Source: Octopus sinensis
Taxonomy: Eukaryota
Direction: 5' to 3'
Length of the DNA: 64,000 nt
Assembly (NCBI RefSeq): GCF_006345805.1
Contig: NC_042998.1
Span: 83,018,001-83,082,000 of the forward strand
Numbering within the stretch: position 1 is the first letter of the stretch; each line of letters opens with the position of its first letter. A program made the translations under genes and the position numbers. Shown here one piece after another: positions 26,213-39,844 of this stretch. The notes under the pieces are model-generated. The model did not search any database, was not told where the DNA came from, and saw nothing but the letters and a program-made list of their open reading frames with translations.

Positions 26213-26892
26213 GTGTATGTATGTATGTATGTATGTATGTATGTATGTATGTATGTATGTATTGTGGCAGGAGAAACAAAGAAAAGCAGCTCCATCCAAC
26301 TTGCTACTTCACCAAAAACAATATCGGAAACAACACTGAGTAACTACATAACCTCAGCCCTGGGCTAAAACAAGTAAAAGATAGAAGATAAAAGATATAT
26401 ACATATATATATATCCATATATATATATATATTTATAAAACAAAAAAGGCGGTGGTGTTTCCACACAGGAAAAAATATAGGAAAATGTGTTGTAAATGTA
26501 GCTAAATTTAAAAAACTCGTAAATGTTTAAAATACATTTAATTACATATATACCAAACTAGTTTCAACAATATTTTTTGTTTATCAATGGAAAAAGTTTA
26601 AAATTAGAAAAAACATCTTTAAAAGTTTCAATGTTGACAAATTAAAATGTTTCAATGTTGATAAATTAACATGTTCAAAACAGACGGTGTAAGTTTGAAT
26701 GTTCATAGCAGTCTATAAAATTAAAACTGTATATCTATTTGTTTGAATATACTGAATTCATTAATTTTAGTGGTGGTCAACAAGTCATACTGAAAAAACA
26801 AGTGTGAAATGAAAATAGCAAAAAAATGGGAATTTGGTTTACAGTTTCTCTGATCCTCTTCAAATAGACACTTTCGCTTGTAGTGGTATCTC

Positions 26893-27102
26893 TCTCTTTT
26901 ACTCTTTTACTTGTTTCAGTCATTTGACTGCGGCCATGCTGGAGCACCGCCTTTAATCGAGCAACTCAACCCCGGGACTTATTCTTTGTAAGCCCAGTAC
27001 TTATTCTATCGGTCTGTTTTGCCGAACCGCTAAGTGACAGGGACATAAACACACCAGCATCAGTTGTCAAGCAATGCTAGGGGGACAAACACAGACACAC
27101 AA

Positions 27103-27156
<54 letters not shown>

Positions 27157-27309
27157 GACAGGCTTCTTTCAGTTTCCATCTACCATTCTACTCACAAGGC
27201 TTTGGTCAGCCCGAGGCTATAGTAGAAGACACGTGCCCAAGGTGCCACGCAGTGGGACTGAACCCAGAACCATGTGGCTGGTAAACAAGCTACTTACCAC
27301 ATAGCCACA
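26893..27309 (-). mobile_element. tRNA-derived SINE family 2 with an internal (TA)/(CA) microsatellite
   Basis: near-identical to 50698-51082; other copies or fragments near 21165-21345, 30378-30810, 48106-48432, 53364-53730 and 55680-56040. Confidence 0.85.
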
Positions 27310-27399
27310 CTGTTTTGGGATCAGATGAATTTATAATTTTTTTTTCACAAGTGGATCTGATTTTTGATTCGTTGACATACTGGTGGGTTAGGCTGAGGG

Positions 27400-28680
27400 T
27401 GGGGGTAGAGGTGGGTTATGTTGTGTGGATGTAAGGGATGGGGTGGGGGATGGGATATATAGGAAAGGTGGGGTTGGATGGTGTAGGGGTGGAGTTATGA
27501 GGGAGGGGTGACGATGACAGGAGAGGGGGAAGGGAGAAGGTGGGTAGGAGTGAAGAGAAGAGAGAAGGAGAGTAGGAGTGAAGAGAAGAAGTAGGAGTCA
27601 GAGCAAGAGAAGAGAGGTAGGTGTGAGAGGAAGAGAGAAGAGGGGAGGTGGGTTAGATGATGAGGGGAGGAGAATTGAGCTCATGTGGTACAAAGGAGTG
27701 AAGAGACAAGATTAATTCATGTTCATGGCAAAGATGAGAGTCCGGATGGCCTCTGTGCAAGGACAATCTGAACACAGACAGGTGTTGCAAAGAGTGACCG
27801 GAAGAGTGGAAATGGCATGAGACCAGGGTGGCATTGCCGAGTCAAATGTCTCAGAGGTGTTCTGCGAACCTGTCAGCCAAGAGGCGTCCTGTTTGCCCAA
27901 TGTATAGAGAAGGGCAGTGAGAGCAGGAAATGCAGTAGATGACATTGCTAGAAGTGCAGGTAAAGGTGTTAGTGATATAATAAGGTCGATGATGGATGCT
28001 GGTGAGGAGGGTACTGTTGGAGAGCTAAGGGCAAGTGTGGCAGCATGGGCAGGAGCAGGGGAATGAGCCAGATTGGGAGGTTGGGTTAGGGAAGAAGCTG
28101 TGGACCAAGAGATCTCGTAGGCTGTGGGCTCATTTGAAGGAGGGGAGGGGTTGGTTAGGGAAGATGTGCAAAGTGGAGGTGTCGGACTGGAGTTGCCAGA
28201 AAGCTCGGAGAATGGTGCATTGGAGAGGTAGGGTGGTGGGGTGGTAGGTGAGGGGAAACAGGAGACGGGAGATGGCAGGGTGGGTGCCGGGGGAGAGAGC
28301 AGATGCACGGTCCACGGAATGTGCTCTGACAAAGGCGGGGTGGATAGTGGTGAGGGGATATCTATGTAGACTGAAATGGTGAGCCATGAGATGAGACTGA
28401 GACTCAAAGTCAAGATCGTCACTGCAGAGCCTGATTAGACGGAGGAACTGGGAATAGGGGAAGGAGAGCTTGGTGTGCTTAGGGTGGGAGAGGAAAAGCT
28501 GAGGTTTGAGTGTGAGTCTGTGTGTTTGTAGAGGATGGAGGTGGTGAGAGTGGAATGATGAATGCTGACCGAAATGTCAAGAAAGGAGACAGAGGTGTCA
28601 GAGATAGTGCAGGATAAGTGGAGGGCAGGATGGAAAGATTTGACAAAAGAGAGGAAAGAGTCTAGATGTTCATTGGAGAG
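27400..28680 (-). mobile_element. Penelope-like retroelement remnant (RT thumb plus GIY-YIG endonuclease)
   Basis: minus-strand [11 protein letters not shown]...VSFLDISV...YKHTDSH and FTCTSSNVIYCISCSHCPSLYIGQTGRLLADRFAEHL; stops and frameshifts. Confidence 0.9.
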
Positions 28681-28694
28681 TACATACATATATA

Positions 28695-28738
<44 letters not shown>

Positions 28739-28826
28739 TATATATATATATATATACCTATATATATGTACATATATATACACACACCTATCTATATATA
28801 TATATATATAATATATATATATATAT

Positions 28827-28873
<47 letters not shown>

Positions 28874-29509
28874 ATATTATATATATATATATATATATAC
28901 ATACATATATACACACATATATATATATATAATTTGGAGGATTATTGGTAAAGATTTATTTCACTTAATGTTTGTTTACATTGCCATGACAACTAAATTT
29001 ATGATTAAAAGCTTGCAGCTGAAGTACATAGATTATCCTATGACAAAGAAAATTTTGTTAAGTAAGAGTCATTGAAATATTTCAATGAAGAAATTAGAGT
29101 TTATGAAAAGTAAATTACTAATTATAATAAACGTTTATAGCACTTTTCACTTCTTCCCATTTATCACTAACAAGCAACCAAGACATCTCACGTTAATTCT
29201 ACATAGACATCATGGGTAGTGACTGCAGAAATATCTTCCAGTGGGGTCATGCCAATCTTGCTTCCTTTAATAGCTAAAAGCACAATCATGGCAAATTATC
29301 AAGAACACCTAACAAACCCCACATTCCACCTTAAATATGAGCAGCACACAGCTTAAACTCACAAGCACTTCAAATATTGCCTACTCTCTTTATCTTCTCT
29401 ACTGCTATTGCAACAGTTCATCAGGGCTGGTTAACCTTGTGCACCTCTCCTCAAACACTCTCAACTCAATTCATAATAATAATAATAATAATAATATTAA
29501 TAATATATT

Positions 29510-29712
29510 TTTTTCTTTACTGCCCACAAGGGGCTAAACATAGAGGGGACAAACAAGGACAGACAAAGGGATTAAGTCGATTACATCGACCCCAGTGCAT
29601 AACTGGTACTTTATTTATCGACCCCGAAAAGATGAAAGGCAAAGTCGACCTCGGCGGAATTTGAACTTAGAACGTAACGGCAGACGAAATACAGCTACGC
29701 ATTTCGCCTGGC
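29510..29712 (-). mobile_element. SINE family 1 copy in an (AAT)n context
   Basis: reverse complement matches 13975-14210. Confidence 0.85.
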
Positions 29713-29964
29713 AAATAATAATAATAATATAATAATAATAATAATATTAATAATAATGATCTGGCAGAGTTTTTTACAGCTGGTTGCCCTTCCTAGTGGT
29801 TGGTGTTAGGAAGAGCATCTAGCTGTAGAAACTCTACCAGATCAGACTGGAGCCTGGTGCAGCCTTCCGGCTCACCAGTCCTCAGTTAAACCGTCCAACC
29901 CATGCCAGCATGAAAAGCGGACGTTAAACTATTATGATGATGATGATTATGATGAATGAAATGA

Positions 29965-30305
29965 TTGTGTATAGTGCTGAGGTGCACTACAACTCATCAA
30001 AGGTACATGTACAGTATATAGAATTATGTACAAACGTCAGGAGAATGAGCAGTGTATGAGTCATGTGCACATGTGTATCACGTGCACATGTGTATGGAGT
30101 GGGGTGGGGGATATCAGGTGTAATGTTGGTGAATTTCAGGAAGCATGGAGGTTTTAAAGGATGCAATGTCGCGGCAATGAACAACTGATGCAGGTAGTTT
30201 GTTCCATGCTTCAGCAACTCTACGTGTGAAAAAATGTTTCCGAAAGTCATGGGAACTGTGCTGTTTTCTGATTTTGTAGGCATGCCCATGTGTGTTTAAC
30301 ACCTC
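29965..30305 (-). mobile_element. 3' fragment of the CR1/L2-like family seen at 2185-4110
   Basis: YKIRKQHSSHDFRKHFFTRRVAEAWNKLPAS...MLPEIHQHYT is nearly identical to the end of ORF 3438-3950. Confidence 0.9.
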
Positions 30306-30520
30306 ATCACCATACTATAGCCAACCTCTCCAATCCCTCAACAAACCATGACACAAAGACCATTTCTTTTTTTCTACAGGCACATGTCTGGCTATATGGT
30401 AAGAAGCTTCCTTTCCAACCACATCATTCTGGGTTCAGACCCACTGCACAGCATCTTCAGCAACCTTAAGATACAAAGCCTTTTGAGTGGATCTGACAAA
30501 CAGAAACTGAAAGAAGCCCA

Positions 30521-30562
<42 letters not shown>

Positions 30563-31240
30563 ATGCACGTTTATGTATGCATGTGTGTGTTTGTGTTTGT
30601 ATGTGTGTCTGTGTTTGTCTCCCACCCCCACTTGACAACCGGTGTCGGTGCATTTACATCCCCGTAGCTTAGCAGTTTGGCAAAAGAAACCGATAGAATA
30701 AGTACCAAGTTTTAAAAAAAACACATTGGAGTCATTTCATTCATCTAAAATTCTTCAAGAAGATGCCCCAGCATGGCCACAGTCTAAAGACTAAAGTAAA
30801 ATGATAAAAGCCAAAAGAACATTCTCTTCCTCTCTAGGCACAAGGCCCAAAATTTGGGGGAAGGGAGCCAGTCGATTGGATCGACCCCAGTATGTAATTA
30901 GTACTTAATCTTCTGACCCTGAAAAGATGAAAGGCAAAGTCGACCTCAGCGGAATTTGAACTCAGAACATAAAGACTAACAAAACACCGCTAAGCATTTT
31001 GCCTGGTGTGCAAATGTTTCTGCCAGCTCGCCACCTGTAGACAAAAGAATGTCACCTCTCTGGACTTCCCTTCTTGCACATTTCTTGTCAACAGTCACCA
31101 ACTGACAGAATATTAACAGCCACTCACTATAATACTTAATTAGAGCTACATAATGAGTGATTCAATAGAATACATAATATTCTTAATGATTTAGGTAAGT
31201 ACTGCTTTTAGATTAATCTAATTTAAATTTATTTCATTGA

Positions 31241-32592
31241 CGAAGCATCAGTGCTAAGCAGTGTGTGAGTATGAGCAGAATTAGCTATGTTGAAATATGC
31301 CTGTCACACACTTCATCTGCTAAATGGCAAATACACTGCAGTTACCGTGGAGAATAAATCTCTCTGACTATAGCAGCTTTCGAAGAATCTTTGGTGTTAT
31401 GGGCATGCTCGTTGATCTCTCCCTCAACAATGCTCCACATGTAATAGTCCAATGGATTGAGATCTGAGGAGTTAGAAGGCCAAATGTTAGGGATATGTGA
31501 TCATGAAATTTTTCAACCATCCATTCTTGTGTTACAAGAGCCATGTGCAGAGTCTTACTGAAACACATATGGCCTTCCATTCCATACACTGTCTATTCAT
31601 AGCTTAACAATTATTTCCAGGACCTCAATGTGGAAAGAAGTAAAGAGATATCACATGTCCTCCATTGCTGAAACTATGAGTTGCAGGAAATTTTGAATGC
31701 ATAACACTTGGAACATCAGAAGGGTCAGCACATAACCATTTGTCATTTCTTCTGTTAACGTTTTAATCTTGGTCAAAGTTTTTCTCATTTGAGAAAAACC
31801 AAATCAAATCTTCTGCTGGATTTTTCACTTTGTTTAAGAGCCTTTTAGATCTAATGTAGTGAGTTTCTTTTGCTTTTTCTGACAAATTGACCTTTCCTCG
31901 TAAGATCTGATGACTTTGTGGACAATATTTCTGACTGTTCCTTCTGACACATGGAGATCTTTTGCAATTGACCTCATGGACTTTCAGGGAATGTAATCAC
32001 TGGTCTGTTGAACTTGCTGGATAAATTCAAGTGTTCTGATGATTTCAGAACATTTATAATGCTTTTTATGCTTTGATACTGGTGATAGGTTTCCATCTTC
32101 AGTCTCTAGCTCCTTACAAACTTTGTAGACAAAAGATCTGACAACTTTTAAAATGCGAGATATTTCTAAATTGCTATGCTCAACCTTTATAACCACAATA
32201 GCAGCATGCCTCTTCATTTCTTGAGTAAGCTGAGGATCTGCCATTATTATTTTCTGAAACAAAGATTATACAGAGTGAGCAAAAAATGTAGCAATGACCC
32301 AAAACAGGTATATCCTCAAATACCTTACGCACCCTGTATATAAGCTACAGATTTATTAAGTTTGTTTAGAGTTTTCTCCCTTAGGTACATCTCATTGATA
32401 GGAGTCAGTAAAACACTAATGTCTGGGATTCTTAATAGATGGCAATGCTGAACAAACAGGGTGTTTTCACAGGGTGTTTTCACACCTTTTTACCATAAGA
32501 TAAATTTTTTTTCTCCAAGGTAACTGCAGTGTATTTTCCATTTAGCAGTTGAAGTGTGTAACAGGTATATTTCAACTTAGCTAATTCTGCTC
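31241..32592. mobile_element. Composite insertion: 82-bp inverted repeats enclosing a Tc1/mariner remnant
   Basis: 31273-31354 is the reverse complement of 32511-32592 (about 90%); direct repeat ttatttcattga at 31229-31240 and 32593-32604. Confidence 0.65.
31365..32338 (-). pseudogene. Decayed Tc1/mariner-superfamily (maT/DD37D-like) transposase
   Basis: WPSNSSDLNPLDYYMWSIVE motif; N-terminal HTH-like HSNLEISRILKVVRSFVYKV; terminus TA-CAGGGTG at 32338. Confidence 0.8.
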
Positions 32593-32689
32593 TTATTTCA
32601 TTGAAATTATGTATCACAATCATGTAATTATACAGATAGTGATGTTTATGTTAATGAAAGTGCTGTTGAGCACAAAGTATGAACTATAG

Positions 32690-32812
32690 CTTACACATCT
32701 TCCCTAACCAACCCTTCCCTCCCTTCAAATGAGCCCACAACCTACGAGACCTCTTGGTCCACAGTTTCTTCCCTAACCCAACCTCCCAACCCGGCTCTCT
32801 AACGCCCTGTAT
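32690..32812 (+). mobile_element. Short Penelope-like fragment
   Basis: ttccctaaccaacccttccctcccttcaaatgagcccacaacctacgagac matches the reverse complement of about 28065-28170. Confidence 0.8.
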
Positions 32813-32829
32813 ATGTCTAGTGAGAATAT

Positions 32830-32865
<36 letters not shown>

Positions 32866-35443
32866 GGCTTGGAAGGACTGGAAGAATGGTGGTAGCAGGG
32901 AATTGTATCAGACTGCCAGAAGGGAAGCTAGGAGACAGGTTTATTTAGCCAGAGGGGAAGCAGGTAAGAAAAAATTTGCCAATGTTCTGCACCACCATGA
33001 TCAAAGACTTGAAGTATTTCGTGTTGCAAAACAGTGTGTGAGAGAATTGTGATGTTGTAGGAGAGAAATGTGTCCACATGGATGATGGTTCGCTTGCACT
33101 AAACGAGGCTGCAAAGAGAGAAGTTTGGAGATGCCACTATGAAAGGTTGCTCAATAAATAAAATGAATGGGAGAAAGCGAGTCTGCTGAATCTCGACCCA
33201 ATAGAGGGACCAGCTATCCAAGTTGACAGTACTTTGGTAGATAAAGCAATTAAGAGTATGAAGACGGGGAAAGCCCCCGGCCCATCAGGAATCACTGAAG
33301 AGCTGCTCAAAATATCTAGCAGTGTTGGTTATAGCCTATTCACCCATATAGTTAACCAGGTGATACACGAAGCAGTCATACCCAATGACTGGTGTAGCAG
33401 CATAATAGTCAAAGGTAAAGGTGACACTTTAGATACAAATAATTACAGAGGTATCAAGTTGTTGGATCTGGTAATGAAGTCACAGAGAGGGTCATAGCCC
33501 AACTAATTAGGGATAGAGTCAGTTTAGATGAGATGCAGTTTGGGTTCGTGCCAATGAAAAGCACTACTGATGCTATATTTCTGGTAAGACAGCTGCAGGA
33601 GAAATACCTAACCAAAGATAAATCTCTGTACCTGGCTTTCGTTGACATGGAGAAAGTCTTTGACAGGGTCCCCCGATCCCTTATCTGGTAGTCAATGAGG
33701 AAACTAGAGATAGTTGAATGGTTAGTGAGAGCTGTGCAAGCCATGCACAGGGACACTGTCAGTAAGGTGAGGGTTGGCTACAAGTACAGTGAAGAATTCC
33801 GGGTAGAGGTAGGGGTCTACTTAGGTTCAGTCCTCAGCCCCCTCCTATTTATCATAGTTCTCCAGGCAATAACAGAGGAATTCAAGACAGGATACTCCTG
33901 GGAGCTCCTCTATGCTGACGACCTTGCTATAATTGCTGAGTCACTATCAGAACTAGAGGAGAAGTTTCAGGTGTGGAAGCAAGGATTAGAATCGGAGGGC
34001 CTTAGAGTCAACCTAGCTAAAACCAAAGTCCTAATAAGTAGGAAGGCAGGCAAACCACAAATCCCTTCAGGTAGATGGGCCTGCTTGACCTGTAGGAAAG
34101 GCGAAGGTAGAAACTCTATAAGATGTATACAGTGTAAGCTATGGGCATATAAGAGGTGCAGCAATATCAAAGGAAGGCTAACTGGCAAGATAGTTTTTAT
34201 AAGTGGCAGATGCTCAGGCGCAATAAACACTGAAAATGTGCAGAGAACAACTTCCACCACATTCCAGGGAGAAAAACTAGAAGTAGTTGATAGCTTCCAT
34301 TACCTAAGTGACCAAGTCAGTAGTGGGGGAGGGTGTGCTGAAAGTGTAGCTGCTAGAATAAGAATATCCTGGCAAAGTTCAGAGAGCTCTTACCTCTGCT
34401 GGTGACAAAGGGCCTCTCACTCAGAGTAAAAGGTAGACTGTATGACGCATGTGTATGAACAGCCATGCTACATGGCAGTGAAACATGGGCCGTGACTGCT
34501 AAGGACATGTGTAAGCTCACAAGGAATGAAGCCAGTATGCTCCGATGGATGTGTAATGTCAGTGTGCATACTCAACAAGTAACTTTGGACCTAAGAAGCA
34601 TCAGATGTGGTGTACAAGAGAGATGACTGCACTGGTGTGGTCATGTGGTGAGAATGGATGAGGATAGCTGTGTGAAAAAGTGCCACACCCTAGCGGTTGA
34701 GTGAACTGGTGGAAGAAGTAGACCTAGGAAGACTTGGGATGAGGTGGTGAAGCACGACCTTCAAACATTAGGCCTCACTGAGGCAATGACTAGTGACGAA
34801 GACCTTTGGAAATATGCTGTGCTTGAGAAGACCTGGCAAGCCAAGTGAAACCATAACCTCGTGGCCTATGCCAGGGGTGTAACCAGCCCACGTATGCGTA
34901 CCTTTCCTTCATTGGACACTAAACTCTGCTTGTGAAGATGTGTTGAGGCAAGTGAAATTGAAATCGAAATCAAATTCGATGACTGGCATCCATGCTAGTG
35001 GAGTGCTAAGAGCACTGTCTGAGCATGATCGTTGCTAGAGCAGCAAACTGGTTTCTGTGCCGGTGGCATGTAAAAAGGACCATTCGAGCGTGATCGTTAC
35101 CAGCATTGCCTTACTGGCACTTGTGCTGGTGGCACATGAAACAACATTCGAGCGAGGTTATTGCCAGTGCCACTAGACTGGCTCCTATGCAGGTGGCACG
35201 TAAAAAGAACATTTGAGCATGGCCATTGCCAGTACTGCCTGACTGGCCCTCGCGCTGGTGGCATGTAAAAGCACCCACTACACTCTCGGAATGGTTGGCA
35301 TTAGGAAGGGCATCCAGCTATTGAAACTCTGCCAGATCAGATTGGACCCTGGTGCAGCCATCTGGTTTGCCAGTCCTCAGTCAAATCATCCAACCCATGC
35401 TAGCATGGAAAGTGGACGTTAAATGATGATGATGAGGATGATG
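32866..35443 (+). mobile_element. Longest RTE LINE copy (about 2.6 kb, 5'-truncated, disrupted RT)
   Basis: MKTGKAPGPSGI, NYRGIKLL, QFGF, AFVDMEK, GSVLSPLLF and LLYADDL; 3'UTR repeat array; (GAT)n tail. Confidence 0.93.
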
Positions 35444-35662
35444 ATATATGTATATATGCATGTATGTATATGCATACATATATATATATTTACATACATA
35501 TGTATATATACATACATATAAATATATATATTTACATACATATGTATGTATACATATATACATGCATACATATGTACATACAAACATGCATACATATAGA
35601 TGCATACATATATATACATATATATACATACACATATATATATATATATATTTCACTTTCAG

Positions 35663-35760
35663 CAAGAGGTCCCATTTATGATACTATTTTAAACTGCACC
35701 TCTTTATGGCACAGCTGCATAATGAGTGGTGAAAGAGAACAGCACAATATTCCTGATGAA
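35663..35760 (+). CDS. Candidate 98-bp exon ([32 protein letters not shown]) within a locally repeated sequence
   Basis: acceptor tttcactttcag, donor gtgagt, open frame; degenerate paralogs at about 35975-36070 and 31130-31240. Confidence 0.25.
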
Positions 35761-36299
35761 GTGAGTAAAGACAGCTTTTAAATTAATTGACTTTGTATCA
35801 CAATTATGTAATTATAGTTAGTGATGTTTATCCCAATGAAACAGCTGTTGAACACTATTAAAGAATGGACTATATGTGAAATTTATGCATTTCTGCTTTT
35901 ATTCAGCCTTTATCTCTTTCTCTCTCTCCCTCTCTCTCTGTCTCTGTATACACACACATACACACACATCAACATCACTTTCAGTAGGAGCTCCCATTTA
36001 CTTTACTACTTAAAACTGTACTTTATTATGGTACCTAATTAAGCTATATAATGAGTGATTGAAAGAAATAATTAAGAAGCTAGGCCACCATTCATTAAAT
36101 ACATTGCTTATCATTTATTTCAATTTGTAATTTGCATATTCATGAACTTATGTATACATATATACAAATATATTCATAAAGGTATATGTATGGATGTATA
36201 TAAGTACATATGCATGTACATAAATATGTGTGTATGTATGTATGTAAGTATGTATGTATGGATGGATAGATGGATGGATGGATGGATAGATGAATGTAA

Positions 36300-36720
36300 A
36301 TAAGTATGCTAAATGGGGAATTTGTGAATGGAAAGAGACCCCGGCAGAAACCAAGGCTGCAATTTAAGGACTGTGTCAAGTCCTCATTAAAGGCCTGTGA
36401 TATGCAGGAGACTGACTGGGAGAGTAATGCCTGTCATTGCCACAGATGCAGGAAGCAGGTTAAGGAGTGGGGGTCGACACTTTTGAAAGAGAATGTATTC
36501 TGCATGAAGAACTTAAGCAAGCTGCTTGAAAGCTCACTGCTGGTGTAGTGAATGGAGAAAGCTTGGTTTGCAATGTTTGCAGTCGTGTATGCTTGTCAAG
36601 AGCAGGGCTCTTTAGCCACCAACGGAGCCACAAATGCAAAATATAAGTTAGTCCTTGAGCACACAATGTTCCTGGAGGTCAGCAATGGTCTTCCTCGGTC
36701 ACAAGTGGATAGCCATCACC
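36300..36720 (+). mobile_element. RTE-BovB-like LINE 3' end with a C2H2 finger
   Basis: GEFVNGKRPRQKPRLQFKDCVKSSLK...WE and CNVCSRVCLSRAGLFSHQRSH; (CAT)n tail. Confidence 0.8.
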
Positions 36721-37100
36721 ATCATCATCATCATCATGTATGTACATAAGTATGTATGTATGTCTGTATGTGTGCATATGTGTGTGTGTGTGTGTGTGTG
36801 CATATTGCTCTCAGTAATTTAAAATCAAATGAAAAATCAAGCAACAATTTATTGTGGCCATGTGTTTTTGATGTGACATTAAATCAATAACTAAATATAA
36901 CCATTGAGATTAAGAGGAACTTTTGAAAGATCTAGAATCTAGATTTATCATCTAAGAGTCAATGATACAAAATGCAAAACTATATACTGGGTTAACTCTG
37001 AAGTTAAGTATTATACTCTTCAACTTTTCATATGTCAATAACCAAAATAGTTTCATTGTTATTGTAAGAGCCAGTTATTAATTGTGATAAAAAAAAAAGG

Positions 37101-37326
37101 ATTCTGTTGTGTCTGGGGAGAGTCATTTTCTTTTTGTGCCTTATAATTTAACACACTCACCGGTAAAATTTCCACTTATTTCTTATTTTTATTTTCCTAA
37201 AATTTTCATTGCGTCTTCCAACCTTTTCAATAGTCTTGAAATAAGAAATAAGTGGAAATTTTACCGGTGAGTGTGTTAAATTATAAGGCTCAAAAAGAAA
37301 ATGACTCTCCCCAGACACAACAGAAT
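37101..37326. mobile_element. Young MITE/foldback with near-perfect about 86-bp inverted arms
   Basis: 37101-37186 versus 37240-37326; one mismatch seen. Confidence 0.85.
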
Positions 37327-39801
37327 ATGCTTCAACACATGAACTCACATAAAGAATCTTGCAAACCAAATCCAAAAACGAAATAAAAAAAAGGATTATT
37401 AAGCTAAAATAGGAAACATCCATAAATATGTTGCAGTCAACAGCCATGTCATTTTTGCAGTATAATGATGCTATATTACTAAAGGTTTCAATGTATTTCA
37501 AGTATTCTTTTATAGTTTTGTTGTTATTTTAATATTCACCCATGTGAATGATTCTTCTATTTCTCATCCTCTGGGACTTAATCCTAGGATATTTATGGAT
37601 AAGTTCTGAGTCAGACAGATTTACAATATATGCAGTGAATCTCAGATGACATAACAATCTCTTCCATGGAGTGGGTAGTTTTACTGGACTTGGTTGTAGT
37701 GATGATGATGATGGTGGTGGTGGTGGTGGTGGTAATTTAATTGCAAGTCAAACTTGATTGAGTAGACTTATGATCAAAAGCATACCAGCCACCATGACCA
37801 TCCAGTCTTGTTGGAAATATCTAGGACTACATCATGCAATGTCTCCTTCCTTGTTTAAGACAATGGTGAGGGTGACAACTGATTTTAGAGAGAGAGATTC
37901 AGCTGGCATTTCTAGCAGGTCAGACGTCTGTCCGCACAGAGGCTAACTCAACTGATATAGAGAAGTAAATCTGATAATAACTGCTTTACAAGACAAGGTC
38001 ATCCTCATCCTCATCATCATTATCATCCTTAAACGTCCGTTTTCCCACTACTCCCACCGCCACCACCACCATCACTCACTAAATCATTAACAATACTGTG
38101 AACACTAGCCATATAAAGACTATCAATCAATAATAACACTAGCTGCTACCTATGCCTCTGAAACCTAAAATATGCTGTTTAAATGACACACAAATTCAAT
38201 TTATTTCACCAGAGAATACCAATAGGAAATCATGTATATATCTCAGCATGGTAATATCATGAACATTGAAGGCCAAAAATTATATAACCTTGTGAGAAAT
38301 GAAATCAATCATGTACAAAGCATGATATCTGAGTTTTCTCAAAGAGGAAGATTAACTGGCTTATCCATAGTGTTATTTAGAGAGATCTTTATTCCTTGCA
38401 ACAATGTGTTATGTTGTATTATCTCCAGAAGAGACATCAGCGTGTCTGAATTTAGTACCCAATTGGAAATTATCCCTATAGAAAATCAATATATTAATGG
38501 ACAGATCAGACATCAAAAATAAAATGGTGGGCCGAGAGACACCTCATGCTTGTAAAAATCAATAACTGATGTTATTAAAGGCAGTATAAATTTGGCAACA
38601 ATTCTTGAATCAATATACCTACTATAAAATATTTTACTTTCAGAAATAAAAATCAATACACTGAGTTTGGGGTTCAAATTTGTACACTACAAATAGTAGA
38701 TCTGAACACAAAATAGATTTTTTGCTGTTTTTATTGTTGTTTTTTTTTAAATATATGATATAACTATCTGTATAAATTTAAATAACATTTCAGATGTAGA
38801 AGACAGCATTATGTTTGAAATATAACAGCCAGTTAGTGCTATAAATCAATCTATACGTACAAAATACACAAATTATATGAACTTTTCTACATAGAATGCC
38901 ATTTATTTAAGGTTTATTTAAAATTTTATTTTACTGATAATTTTGGAATATACTAAATTATTATTGAAAGGCATCAATAATATAAACATGACAATACTTG
39001 TTTCCACCTTTCAATAAAAATGAGACTTTGCACCAAGTAAAACCAAAAATAAATCAATATTTATGCACTTCCGTATGAAGATAATGGTTTTATTTTTCTT
39101 TCTCCGGGGTCAAAAGAAATGTATTAACAATAGTAATGTGAGGGACGGTTCTATCATCTGTAATTCTATAGGATATTAATTTGTTATGAGCAACAGAATG
39201 AGAATCTACTCTTGCAGATTTAATGAAGGGTCTGAAATCTGAAGAACATTGCTGAATATAACAGGCACCTGAAGAAAGCCAGATAGTACAATGACTGAAA
39301 CATTACAGGCCAAGCATTGCTGTATGGTTAAGAAACTCACATGACAACTGTATGGATTTAGGTTCTGTTTCAGTTCAAGGCACCTTGGGCAAGTATCTTC
39401 AATTATAGCCACAAGCTGACCAATGCCTTGTGAGTGAATTTGTGAGAGGAATAAACAGTGAGGAAACCTCTTTGCATGTGTGAGTGTGTGTGCAAGCATG
39501 CATATGTATGTGTGCATCTGTGTTTTGGTATGTGTGAGTATGCACATGTGTGTGAGCGTGTGTGCATGTGTGTGTGTGATTTTGCATGTGCATTCACGTG
39601 TATGTGTGCATCTGTGTTTTTGTATGTGTGAGTGTGTGTGTGCATGTCGGTTTGTGTATGTGTGAGTATGCACAGATGTGTGTGTGCATGTGTGTTTGTG
39701 TATGTGTGTGCTTGTGCGTGACCATGCACATCTATGTGTGCATGTATGTTTGTATATGTGTGAGTATACACATGTAATTATGCATGTGTGTGTGCATGGG
39801 C

Positions 39802-39844
<43 letters not shown>

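Noticed and set aside
26836-26868. Hammerhead-like TTGAAGA...GAAAC on the minus strand
   Set aside because: Core mutated and stems I/II do not pair
27712-28422. 236-aa Pro/Ser-rich ORF
   Set aside because: Alternative frame over the decayed Penelope coding region
38232-38522. 96-aa ORF in unique sequence
   Set aside because: No recognisable motif or convincing splice context; length is compatible with chance
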